A DNA stretch of 62,540 nucleotides, the filler included, from Chiloscyllium plagiosum (taxonomy: Eukaryota): the NCBI RefSeq assembly GCF_004010195.1. It is 4 parts of one record of this genome, joined end to end, with 100 filler letters (N's around TTAATTAATTAA, not from the genome) between each part and the next. Parts side by side here need not be neighbours in the genome. Positions count along the whole stretch, not along the records: positions 1 to 18,275 come from NC_057717.1; positions 18,376 to 32,449 come from NC_057717.1; 2 more parts are not named here. The stretch is one strand, 5' to 3'. Each line of letters begins with the position of its first letter. Position 1 is the first letter of the stretch. The notes under the pieces are model-generated. The model had not been told where the DNA came from and did not search any database. It worked only from the letters and a program-made list of their open reading frames with translations. A program made the translations under genes and the position numbers. Shown in pieces: positions 11,887-23,400 of this stretch.

Positions 11887-14034
11887 GCATTGACCATTGG
11901 CACGTGAGATTGCCGACGTCTCATGAACTTTTGACAAAGGTTTGATTGTCAAATTGTTCTTCCAAGTATTCCTTAATGATTGGAGAACTTCTTTCAGAAA
12001 TATCAGTTTGGAGTCTGTGCTTCTTTCACTGCTTATGCAATTTAGACTTAAACACTATTTCTGGATATTTACATTGACTCAATGAGCCAGAGGACAGTCT
12101 TCGCGCTCTCTCCCTCTCTGCCGATTACATGCATCAGTTAGAAGACCACGAGACATTCCACTCGACAATGGGTGTCGGGTAATAGGCTAGTCATATAGCT
12201 AGGGTGGAAGGGTGACTTATTGCTTTCTCTAACAACTGCAGATATCTGTAAGTAATATGGGCTCAAGTGGAAGTTCGTGGACAGGTTATGGATTGTGGCA
12301 GACGAATTAGGTCTGGGTTTTCAATCTCAACTGAGAATATTAAATTTGAAGAAGACTCCTTACGTTTGGCGGCGATATGATCTATGGGCACTTCAGCATT
12401 CCAATATCCGTCGTGGTAATCCTGCCAGCTACGCAAATTTTTCGATTCATAAGAAATAAGGAAAGAGCGTGTGATATTTTCAGATGTCCGGCTTTATTTA
12501 TTCCAATATTTCAACTAAAGGCCCACAAGTTTAGACCCTTTCAGCAACAGCTTTAATTATGCTCTTCATGTATATTTTACGTGATCCTCGCCAAAACTGC
12601 ATAACAACGGTCAGTGCATTCTGTTAGTCTACTTAATCGCAAGCATTTCTTCACATTGTAATTATAAGATCTAGGTAGCAGTCTGTTTTTCACGCATGTG
12701 TCTGAGTCGGCTTTAAATCAATTATCAACCGCATTGGCAAAAGTGATTCTTGTTATGCTGAAGCTTAATCACACAATTTTCAAAATACCCACAGATGGGG
12801 TGAAACAAAAATTAAGTTTTCCTTTGTTGGAGGACACATCTCTAGATTTTCAGAGAGGTTCTTTATACTCATGTAATTGCAATAAAACTGTTGATGCTGC
12901 AAATTAACTTCTGCTTGTTAAATAAATCGTTTGGTCATTACACCGCAACATTTCTGTGTAGACGAGTTAGACCAAAGGGTCAGCTTCATTTCTGCATAAT
13001 TATGAATCTTTGACTGAACTCCAACTGAGTTAACAAAGAAGGGACCCTGGACTAGATAAGTTAACACTGCCTTTTAAATAAACATACCACAGACTTTGAC
13101 CAACGATTTCTTTTGTTGTTTCAGATTTTCAGAACAAGCAGTTCTGTGCTTCATATATTCTCTTTTTTAAATGGCATCACCCCTTCTCTCATAACACCCC
13201 ACTCCCTGCAGTACACCCCAACAAGAGCATAATGTCTTTCTCTATAATAGTCTGTTCCTCTCTTTCAGTAATGTATAGGTGTCAATGAGCTCCACTCTGA
13301 GACAGAGGAGGGGAATGAATTGTGAATGAGGGAAAAGCCTTCACACAATGCCCTCCACTCCCTCACACCCTGAGCTGGAACTGGGGCCGGGAAATGTGGG
13401 CGAAGTGTAGATCCCAAGGGATTTCTCACTCTGGAGAGATGACGCTGAATAAAAACTAAACCTGCAATAACGTTGAGCAGAAACCTCCCTGCAACATCGA
13501 TACTCATTGGGACCTATGACATTGAACAAATTCCCTCACATATTGCTCTCAAAATCTGACGATGTAACAAAGTTGTACCACGATAGAATTGTAACTGAAA
13601 CTACCAGCAGACTGGGACACTCACTATGAAACATATGGTACAACTGCGTTTCAACTGATCTACATTATGTTGCGCTGGGAACGGTTTATAAACCCAACCA
13701 CATTCAGTTCTCCGACAAACTGCCTGTGAGGCTATTTCCACACTGTTCTCCAAGCAACAGCCTTTGAAACCATCCCAACTCTGTTGTCCAACAATGCATT
13801 ATGAATTCATCATCACTTTGTTCCCCGAGCAACAGCCCTGTGAATCTATCCCCACTCTCTTTTCCTCGAAACGGCCTGTGAACCCATCATTAAACTGTTC
13901 AATTAGCATTGGCCATTAAATCCAATGCCTGCTTTGATCCTTCAGCAACAGCCTGTGACCCCATCACTACACAATGTCCAGAAAAAATTCCGGTGAATGC
14001 TTGTAGATTCTGTTCTCTTGTCAACGATCTGTGA

Positions 14035-14252
14035 AGCTGAAAATTGTGTTGCTGGAAAAGCGCAGCAGGTCAGGCAGCATCCACGGAGCAGGAGAATCGA
14101 CGTTTCTGGCCAAAGCCCTTCTGCCTAACCCTATCGCTTATGCCCGAAACGCCGATTCTCCTGCTCCTTGGATGCTGCCTGACCTGCTGCGCCTTTCCAG
14201 CAAGACATTTTTCAGCTCTGATCTCCAGCATCTGCAGTCTCCACTTTCTCCT
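14035..14252. mobile_element. Palindromic Penelope-derived fragment
   Basis: Inverted arms at ~14035-14116 and ~14136-14217 (GCTGGAAAAGCGCAGCAGGTCAGGCAGCATCC / GGATGCTGCCTGACCTGCTGCGCCTTTCCAGC). The same family occurs at 27200-27850, 30195-30330 and 42770-42870, and the first two of these carry hammerhead cores. Confidence 0.75.
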
Positions 14253-14726
14253 AACGATATGTGAACACATACACACTCTGTTCCCGTAGTAATGGACTGG
14301 AAACCCATCCCCACTCTATTCTCATCGTAACAGTCTATGATTCTATCATCGGCCAGTCCTAGCAACGGCCTGTAAAACCATACCCATTCTGTTTGCATAG
14401 TAACGGACTATAGTGTCATTTTTCCTCTTTTTACCTAGCAACAGTCTGTGTACAATTCTCCACACTGTGTCGCTGGTAATGCCATGTCAACTGATCCCCA
14501 CTCGGTTTTCCGAGGAACGGCCTGTGATCCTATCCTCACTCTTTTCTGAGCAACAGCTTATGGACTCATTCACAATTTGTTAACCGCGAAAGTGCCTGTG
14601 AACCCATGCCAATTTTGTTCTCCTGACAATAGCTTGTGAATTCATGCCACACTGCTCTCCTTAGACTAGACTCTGAAAACCATTCCCGCTGCTTCCCGAG
14701 GAATGATCTGTGAACCCGTCCACATA

Positions 14727-15058
14727 GGGGCAGCATGGTGGCACAGTGGTTAGCACTGCTGCCTCACAGCGCCAGTGACCTGGGTTCAATTCCCGCCTCA
14801 GGCGATTGACTGTGTGGAGTTTGCACATTCTCCCTGTGTCTGCGTGGGTTTCCTCCGGGTGCTTCGGTTTCCTCCCACACTCCAAAAATGAGCAGGTCCG
14901 GTGAATTGGCCATGCGAAATTGCCCATAGTGTTAGGTGAAGGGGTAAATATAGGGGGAATGGGTCTGGGTGTGTTGCAGTTCGGTGGGTCGGTGTGGACT
15001 TGCTGGTCCGAAGGGCCTGTTTCCTCACTGGAAGTAATCTAATCTAATCTAATCTAAT
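14727..15058 (+). mobile_element. HE1-type tRNA-derived V-SINE, full length
   Basis: A box TGGCACAGTGG, B box GGTTCAATTCC, V-domain GTGTGGAGTTTGCACATTCTCC...GGTTTCCTCCC, CR1-like tail and (AATCT)n. Confidence 0.95.
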
Positions 15059-17244
15059 CACACTGTTACCTGAGCATCAGCCAGTGAAACCATTCCCACT
15101 CTGTTGCCCAAGCGATAGGCTACAAAACAATCCACAATATGGTCCTATAGCAAAGACCTGTGACCCCAAGCCCCTGGTATCCCCTCAGAACTGCATGTGA
15201 ACCCATCATGAGTGGGACATTCGAACAAATACCTTACAGACTTATGAACAGTCTGATCGCCCATGAGCATCCTATGAATCCAATCTGTACCCTTCGTAGT
15301 GGAGTGTGATGTCCACTGTCTGCATTCTGTTCACATGGCGAAAGTCAATGAATCCATCCTCATTTTATTCTCCTAGCATCGGCCTGTGACTACATCCCCA
15401 CTGTTTACTCGAAACGTTGTCCTGCAAAGCCATCTACACTCTGTTCTCGTAGCAATGGCGTGTGGACGAATCCCCACTTTCTTCACCAAGCAATGGTCTG
15501 CGAAACCATCACCTCTCAATTCTCCTAGCAACAATCCTTGAACACATAACAATTTGTTTTCCCAGCAAAGTCCATTGAATCCATCCTCACTCTGCTCTCC
15601 TGGAAAAAGCCTCTCGTCTCATTCCCCCTTCGTTCCCGAGCAAAGACCTGTGACAATACAGCCACTCTGTTATCCTAGCAATAGCCTGTGAGATAATCCC
15701 TTCCCTGATCTCCTAACAACAGATTGTGAATACCTCACCATTGGTATACCCAGAGACTGTCTGCGAAACCATCACCACTCGGAATGTCCCAGCAACGGCC
15801 TGTAAGCACACCACCACTTGGTTCTCCTCGGAACAGCCTGTGAATCCAAACTCGATGGCATTGCCTTGGAACAGCCTGCCAAACCATCATTCTCAGAAAA
15901 TCCGGCAAACTCTTGTAGCATTCTGCTATTCCATCCAGACTCTGGTGTTCCTTTCGACCCAACGACGGCCTGTAAAACCATCTCCAGTCTGTTCGCATCG
16001 CAGTGGACTGATTACCCATCTGCACCCAATTCTTTTATCAAAATCCTGTCAATCCATTGTCAGTCTGTTCTCGTAACAACGGCCTGGAACGCATTTTCGC
16101 TCTGAAACCTAAGTAACAGTCTGTGACTTCATCCCAACTCTGTTTCCCTTGTAACAGCCTGCGAACTCAACCTCACTCAGTTTCCCTCACAGTGGTTTGA
16201 ACTCATCCCCACACTGTTCTCCTTGGAACAGCCTGTGAATTCAACCCCATTCTGTCATCTGAGCAAAGTCCTGTGAACCCATTCTTATTCTGTTCTCCGA
16301 GTAAAGGCCTTCATATCTATTCCCACACTGTTCTCAAAGCAACGGCCTGAGATCCCTTCCCCACGTTTGCTCCCCGAGCAACGGTCTATCACCACATCCC
16401 TACTCTGTACTCCGATCGACAGTCTGAGGCCCCCACCGCCACTCTTTTCCCTTGAATCCAGCCTGAAAACCACCCCAGCCTGTTCCATAGCATAAGCCTG
16501 TGAACACATCATTCTGAAGGCGTACTAGGAAAGATCTTTGAACGCATACCCAAATTCATCTTCTAACAACGGCCTACAAAGTCATCACTCAGTCCTCCTA
16601 GCAACAGTTTGTGAACTCAAACCCCTTCTGGTCCACTTGTAACGAACTGTGAAACCATTTCCAGTCTGTTTCCATGGCAATGGACTGTGAACCTGTTTGA
16701 ACTTTATTCTCAGAACTACAGCCTGTGAATCTATCCTCAGTCTATTTCTGAACAATGTACTATGAACACTTCCCTAATCTGCTCTCCGAGGAACGGCATG
16801 TGAACCCGTCCCAACTCTGTTCTTCCAGGAATAGTCTTTGAACCCATTACCATTCTGCATTTCCAACAATGGCCTACGAAACAGTCCCCATCTGATCAAT
16901 AGTTGAAAAACGTACACCATCTCTGATCTCCGAACAACGGCCTGTTAACCCATTTCAATTCTGTTCTCCTAGCAACGACCTGCAAACGTATCATCACTCT
17001 CTTCTCCTCGCAAGAACCCGTCCCCATTCTGCTAACTTAGTAATGGCATGCGAACCCATCATTAGAGGGACGTCCGAGCAAAGGGTTTTGAATTCATAGT
17101 CAGTCTGTTTTCCTTGCAACATCCATTGAAACCATTCCCTGCCTGTTGCCATAGCAATGACTGTGCATCCATCCCCAGCCTTATCTATTAGCAACGGTGT
17201 GTGAACCCATCCACATTCTGTTGTTCTAGAAACGGTTTGTTATT

Positions 17245-17580
17245 AATAGAGTCCCTACAGTGTGGAACAAGGCTTTTCATTTCAAAAGGTCTATCGCGAC
17301 TCTGAAACGTGTAACCCACCCATAGCCAGGTTCTCCTACTATCCTATATAGACCCCTGACAAACGTACCTAACCTACACACCCCTAAAGCAAATGAGAAA
17401 TTTAGCATAGTCAATTCACCGAGTCTGCACGTCTTTGGGATGTGGGAGGAAACCGGAGCACCCGGTGGGAACCCGCGCAAACACAGGGCGATTGTGGAGA
17501 CATTCGCCCGACGTTGCTATGAAACCCTGGTCCTTGGTTCTGGGAGGCAGCAGAGTTAACTACTGAGCCACGATACGACC
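17245..17580 (-). mobile_element. Older HE1-like SINE
   Basis: Reverse complement of the V-domain (GTGGGAGGAAACCGGAGCACCCGG) with a degraded tRNA head and tail. Confidence 0.8.
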
Positions 17581-18275
17581 CCAATCTCAGCTTTGATCTC
17601 CTGATTATCCTACCCCAACTTTGTTTCCCTGGTAATACACTGAGAATGCACGCCATACTGTTCTGAAGGCAATATCGTGTAAACCCATCCAAACTGTGTT
17701 CCCCTAGCAGTGACCTTTGAACCCATTCCAAATCAGTCCTCTGAGCAATGGACTGTCAGCCCATTCCTGAGCTCTTCTCCTGACAATGTTAAAAATCACA
17801 CTACACCAGGTTATAGTCCAAGAGGTTTAATTGGAAGCACACTAGCTTTCGGGAAGACGCACCTTAATCAGGTGGTAGTGTCTACACCCCAGTCCAACAC
17901 CGGCAGCGCCCAAACATAACCCTGACAATGGTCTGTGAAAATATTGACAACAAGTTCTCCTCACTGCGACCTTCAAAACTGTCACCATTCTGTTCTCCTA
18001 GCAACAGCTTGTGAGTTTAACGCTGCATTTGGATCCAAACTCATTTGTCAACTTGGTCCCTTGTGCTAATGTCAATTCTTAATGCAGCCTTGATATCATT
18101 CTTAAACAATGCAGCAACTCAACCTGCTGTGCCTTCTTATCTGAGTAATGAGGACCCTTGGAGTAATGAGTAACGACGATCTCCGGCACCACGCCTAACC
18201 CCGCCCCTTCGCCGATCTCCGACTGCATGCCTAACCCCGCATGCAGGGGTTGTAGAACATGGTTGTAGATGGAAT

Positions 18276-18375
18276 NNNNNNNNNNNNNNNNNNNNNNNNN
18301 NNNNNNNNNNNNNNNNNNNTTAATTAATTAANNNNNNNNNNNNNNNNNNNNNNNNNNNNNNNNNNNNNNNNNNNN
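18276..18375. other. Artificial scaffold linker (44 N + TTAATTAATTAA + 44 N)
   Basis: Exactly 100 bp. TTAATTAATTAA at 18320-18331 places stops in all six frames. Confidence 0.97.
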
Positions 18376-18669
18376 GTGGAGACAGTCGCCCGACATTGCT
18401 ATGAAACCCTGGTCCTTGGTTCTGGGAGGCAGCAGAGTTAACTACTGAGCCTCGATGCGACCCCAATCTCAGCATTGATCTCCTGATTATCCTACCCCAA
18501 CTTCGTTTCCCTGGTAATACACTGAGAATGCACGCCATACTGTTCTGCTGGCAATAGCGTGTAAACCCATCCAAACTGTGTTTCCCTAGCAATGACCTTT
18601 GAACCCATTCCAACTCAGTTCTCCGAGCAATGGACTGTCAGCCCATTCCTAAGCTCTTCTCCTGACAAT

Positions 18670-18821
18670 GTTAAAAATCACACAACACCAGGTTATAGTC
18701 CAACAGGTTTAATTGGAAGCACACTAGCTTTCGGAGCGACGCTCCTTCATCAGGTGGTAGTGTCTAGTGTGCTTCGAATTAAACCTGTTGGACTATAACC
18801 TGGTGTTGTGTGATTTTTAAC
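18670..18821. mobile_element. Palindromic Penelope-derived fragment (second family)
   Basis: Arm TTAAAAATCACACAACACCAGGTTATAGTCCAACAGGTTTAATTGGAAGCACACTAG has its near-perfect reverse complement at ~18764-18821. Confidence 0.8.
18722..18756 (-). ncRNA. Minimal hammerhead ribozyme motif
   Basis: Minus strand reads CAC-CTGATGA-A GGAGC GTC GCTCC-GAAA GCTA-GTG. Stem I (CAC/GTG) and stem II (GGAGC/GCTCC) pair perfectly. Confidence 0.72.
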
Positions 18822-19039
18822 TTTGTACACCCCAGTCCAACACCGGCAGCGCCCAAACTTAACCCTGACAATGGTCTGTGAAAATATCGACAACAAGTTC
18901 TCCTAACTGCCACCTTCAAAATTTTCACCATTCTGTTCTCCTAGCAACAGCTTGTGAGTTTAACGCTGCATTTGTATCCAAACTGATTTGTCATCTTGGT
19001 CCTTTGTGCTAATGTCAATTCTGAATGCAGCCTTCATAT

Positions 19040-19925
19040 TATTCTTAATCAATGCAGCAAATCAACCTGTTGTGCCTTCTTATCTGAGTAATGAGGACCC
19101 TTGGACATTTCATTTCCCATCTCTGACCTTCCTGTAACCACCTTCCTGTAATCTCCACCAGGCCGTATCTTTTTAACTCTGTTTGTGCTGTCAGTTCATT
19201 CATTTTTTTTCCAAATATTCCATACATTTAGGTACAAGGTATTTATGTAAGTTCTATTGGATTTGTTTATCTCCTTTAATACTTTTGGCACACTTCACTT
19301 TCCACACACTCCATTCTTATTTTTTGATCTCCGATAGTACTGAACCTATCATTTCCACTCACATTTTTAAAATTGCTATGATTATTTTCCTCAGCATGGT
19401 AATTAGACTGGCCCTGCCTGTCTATTCTATAAACTCTACTTTCTGCTCACTTGCTGTCCTGCTGCTCTGGTTTTCAGTCTCCTGCATTATTCATTTAAAT
19501 CCACTCGAGATGCATCATCAAACCTCCCTGCCAGGATATTGGTGTCCCTCCAGTTAAAATGGACCCTGTCCTTTTTTACCGATCCCACCTGCCCTGGACG
19601 AAATCCCAATGAACTCCTCTTCCTGAACCAGGTCTTCAACCACATATTAAAGTTTTCTATCTTCATCTTCCTTATCCCAATTCCACTGAGCACGAGGAGT
19701 AATCCCAAGATTACAACCCTGGATATCCTGCTTTTCCACTCAGGCGAATCTCCCTGCACTCTCCTTGCAGGATCTTGTCAATGTCATTGGTACCAATGTG
19801 TACCACGGCCGCTGGCTGTTCACCGCCCACCCCCCCCCCCCACCCCCTCCTCACTTCAGTATGCCCTGAGCATGCTCGGAGACATCCCTGATCTTCGCAC
19901 CAAATACACTTCTTATGAAGAATGC
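19040..19925 (-). mobile_element. CR1 fragment (ORF1 esterase to start of ORF2)
   Basis: Minus ORFs contain VVHIGTNDI, RVVILGLL and DRVHFN, followed by ORF2-start remnants (ITGRWL). Confidence 0.8.
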
Positions 19926-20459
19926 ATGGAATCGTTGAATCCCTACATTGTGGAAAAAGGCCATTTGCCCAACATGCCCACACTGACCCTCCAAAAAGAA
20001 ACCCACCCATACACATTAGCCTACTCTCATACTCTATATTTACCCCTGACTAATGCACCGAACCTACACATCACAGAACACTATGAACGTAGTAACCTGG
20101 CCAGAATCAGTCTCCTACCATATGTTGATTCTGTTTTCGCACCACAGATGCTGCCAGAAATTCTGAGCATTCCCAGCAATCTCTGGTTTTGTCACCAATG
20201 ATGATCACATACTGATCAAAACCTATCCAATTCAGATTTCAATAGAAAACCAAATATTTGGTCGTTCAAGACACAGCAAATATCCATTACATTATTTTGT
20301 TTCGTCTTTGATTATCATTTGTTCACTTTGCCAATCCATGAAGAAAAGAGATTTTTGCATGTTTTGTGCATTATCTTTTGGGAGGTGTAAGAGAGAGGGA
20401 GTGGGACCAGGGGGATTGCCGCAAAGGTTAATTTCCCAATAAAAACTGACTCACCTGGA

Positions 20460-23400
20460 GCATCAGGCCTCCATTGGCAGCAGCGGTGAGGGCGAGGAGC
20501 GGGGTGGGAGAGACGAATTGTGCGCTGGGAAGGTAAGTGAACTGATATATTTGGGCAGCGATTGAAAGAGAGACACTACACGTGTTATGTATCCCACTCC
20601 GAACTCTTCATCTAACCAAAACAAAAGAACTCTGTACTGTGTTGATAAGGTGCTTCTCTTCTTTTTTTAAAATCCTGTGATTGGTGAAAGAAAAACCTTT
20701 CCTTTTCTGTTTATTTAATTTAAGACCAAGTTAAGCTTTAGAGTAAAAGTGGCAGGAGATCGCAGAGTCATGAAATGCTCCACTTGCTCAATATGGGAAC
20801 TCAGGGACACAGCTGATGTCCCTGACTCCTTCACATGCAGGACATGTGTCCATCTCCCTGCACTCTCCTTGCAGGATCTTGTCACGTTTCCTGCAAATGT
20901 AATTGGTACCAATGCGTACCACGGCTTCTGGCTGTTCACCTTCCCCTTCAGTATGCCCTGTGCATGCTTGGAGACATCCCTGATCCTCACACCAAAGGCA
21001 CTTCTTATGAAGAACGCATAGACGGGATGATGGCTCTGGAGCTGCGGATGGACTCACCTTGAAGCACACACAATGTGGAGGAGGTTGTAGATAGCACATT
21101 CAGTGAACTGATCACATCGCAGATTTGGATTGCTGAAGGAAAAAGGGAATTGGTGACCAAAAGGCAGAGAAAGAGCAGGACGGCTCTGCAGGTGTCTCCT
21201 GCGGTCACCTCCCTCCTTAGCAGGTACACTGTTTTGGATATTGTTGGGAGAGATGGCTCACCGGGAGAAGGCAGCAGTAGCCAGGTTAAAAGCACAGTGG
21301 TTGGCTCAGTTGTTCAGAAGGGCGGGAAAAAAAGACTGGAAGGGCAAAGTCATAGGGGATTTACTTGTAAAAGGAGGAGATAGGCATTTCTCTGTTCGAA
21401 GCCGAGACTTCTGAAAGATATGTTGCCTTCCAGGTGCATGGAACAGGAATGCCTCGGATCGACTGCACAACATTCTGAAGGAGGAGGGTGAACATCCAGT
21501 TTTCATGGTGCATGTAGGCACCAATGAAATAGGTTTTAAAAAAATCAGGGTGAGGTCCTACAAACAGAATTTAGGGAGTTAGGAGTCAAGTTAAGAAGTA
21601 GGTTGTAATCTCAGGATTGCTACCAATGCCACATGCTAGTCTGAGAAGAACTGAAAGAATAAGCAAGATGACTGCGTTGCTTGAGAGATGGTGCAGGAGG
21701 GAGTAGTTCTGATTATTAGGACATTTGGACCAGTTATCTGGGAGGTGGGACTATTACAAATTGGACAGTCTACTCCTGAGCTGGAATGGAAACAATGTCC
21801 TTCGGGGTACTTTTGGTAATGATGCTTCGGTGGGTTTAAACTAATGTTGTAGAGGGATGTGAACCAAATGAGGAGGTTAGTGGACATGAAGGAAATAGCA
21901 ACTGCAGCCTGTAAGGAAATAGATAGCAGGGAGTAGATGATGAACACAAAGGGACAGGTTATCTGAGGTGTGTTTGTTTTAATGCAAAAAATGCCACAAG
22001 TCCAAACACAGGGCTTGGATTAGTACCTGGGAGTTGATATTATACTTGGTTGAGGGAAGGGCATGATTGGCAAGTAAATATCCCTGGATATCAATGCTTC
22101 AGGCAGAATAAAGAGGGGAGTAAAGGGGGTATAGGAGCTGCATTACTAGTCAAAGAGGATACCACAGCTGTGCTGAAGGAGGGCACTATGGAGGACTCGA
22201 ACAGTGAGGCAATAAGGGTAGAGCTCAGAAATAGGAAGGGTGCAGTAACAATGTTGGGGCTGTTCGACAGGCCTCCCAACAGTGAGCGTGAGATACAAGT
22301 ACAAATATGTAAACAGATAATGGAAAGATGTGGGAGCAACATGGTGGGATGATATGCGATTTTAGTTTCGCAACATTGACTGTGATTCACTTAATATTGG
22401 AAGACCGGGTGGAGCAGAATTTGTAAGGAGCAACCAGGAGGGTTTTTTGAGCAGAATGGAAACAGTCCAACTCAGGAAGGGGCCATTTTTGTCCTGGTGC
22501 TGGGGAATGAGCCTGGCCAGGTGGTTGAAGTTTCAGTTGGGGATTACTTTGGGACTATTGATCACGTTTTAGAATACGCAAGGACAAAGATAAGAGTGGT
22601 CCTAAAGGAAGAGTGCTAAATTGGGGGAAGGCCAACAATACCAAAATTCAGCGGGAGTTGGGGAATATAGATTGGGAGCAGTTGTTTGCAGATAAATCCA
22701 CATTTGATACATGGGAAGCTTTTAAAGAGAGGTTGATAAGAGTTGAGGTCAGATATGCTTCTGTGGAAATGAGGGGTAGGAATCGCAAGATTAGGGAACC
22801 ATGGATGACAGGTGAAACTGTGAGATTAGCTTAGTGGAAAAACGAAGTGTACATAAGGTCTAGGCGACTGAAGACAGACAAAGTTTGGGAAGAATATCGG
22901 GAATGTAGGAACAATCTGAAACAAGGAACTAAGAGGGCTAAATGGGGTCATGAGATATATTAAGCAAACAAGATTATGGAAAATCCCAAATACTTTTATT
23001 CATATATAAGGAACAAGAGGGTAGCTAGAGGAAGGGTTGGACCACTCAAGGACAAAGGAGGAAAGTTATGCGTGGAGTCAGAGAAAATGGGTGAGACTAT
23101 CAATGAGCACTTTATATCGATAATCACCAAGAAGAAATGTTGAGATTAGGTATGGATGCTTGATTACTCTAGGTCAAGTCGAAATAAGGAGAGAGGAAGG
23201 GTTGGTTAGTCTAAAAGGCATTAAGGTGGCCAAGTTCCCAGGCCGGATGGGATCTATCCCAGGTTACTGAGGGAAGGGAGAGAGGAAAAAGGTGGGACCA
23301 TTTGCAGCATCTTTGAACACGGGTGAAATCCCGGAGTACGGAAAATTGCTAATGGTGTTCCCTTGTTTAAGAAAGGTGACCCTGAGTTAGTGGCAGGGAA

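Larger units (their letters stand above)
9240..13070 (-). pseudogene. Candidate decayed endogenous viral element (DNA-virus/Polinton-like ORF remnants), split by an L2 insertion
   Basis: Not recognisable as the surrounding LINE/SINE families and CpG-rich (10 CpG counted in 12301-12490). Manual minus-strand translation gives MRLIIDLK (12734-12711), KYHTLFPY (12479-12456) and LIRLPQS (12310-12290). It also gives a near-open ~120-codon segment (10671-10309) ending SSESEEDD*, with a new ATG at 10297. Similarities were judged by eye only. Confidence 0.35.
13690..18010. repeat. Old degenerate satellite, ~38-39-bp unit (CTGTTCTCCTAGCAACGGCCTGTGAACCCATCCCCACT-like)
   Basis: The CTGTTCTC...GCAAC(G/A)GCCTGTGAA(C/T)CCAT pattern recurs continuously over ~4 kb, interrupted by SINE and PLE insertions. 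It continues at ~18470-18950. Confidence 0.88.

Noticed and set aside
13265..13529. Two short minus-strand ORFs in unique-looking sequence
   Set aside because: No recognisable domain or convincing exon pair.
14727..14800. tRNA-like sequence (also 28953 and 49676)
   Set aside because: These are SINE heads that continue into the V-domain and LINE tail, not tRNA genes.
13690..18010. CRISPR-like periodicity of ~38 bp
   Set aside because: Units are contiguous diverged copies with no unique spacers, there are no cas genes, and the host is a vertebrate.
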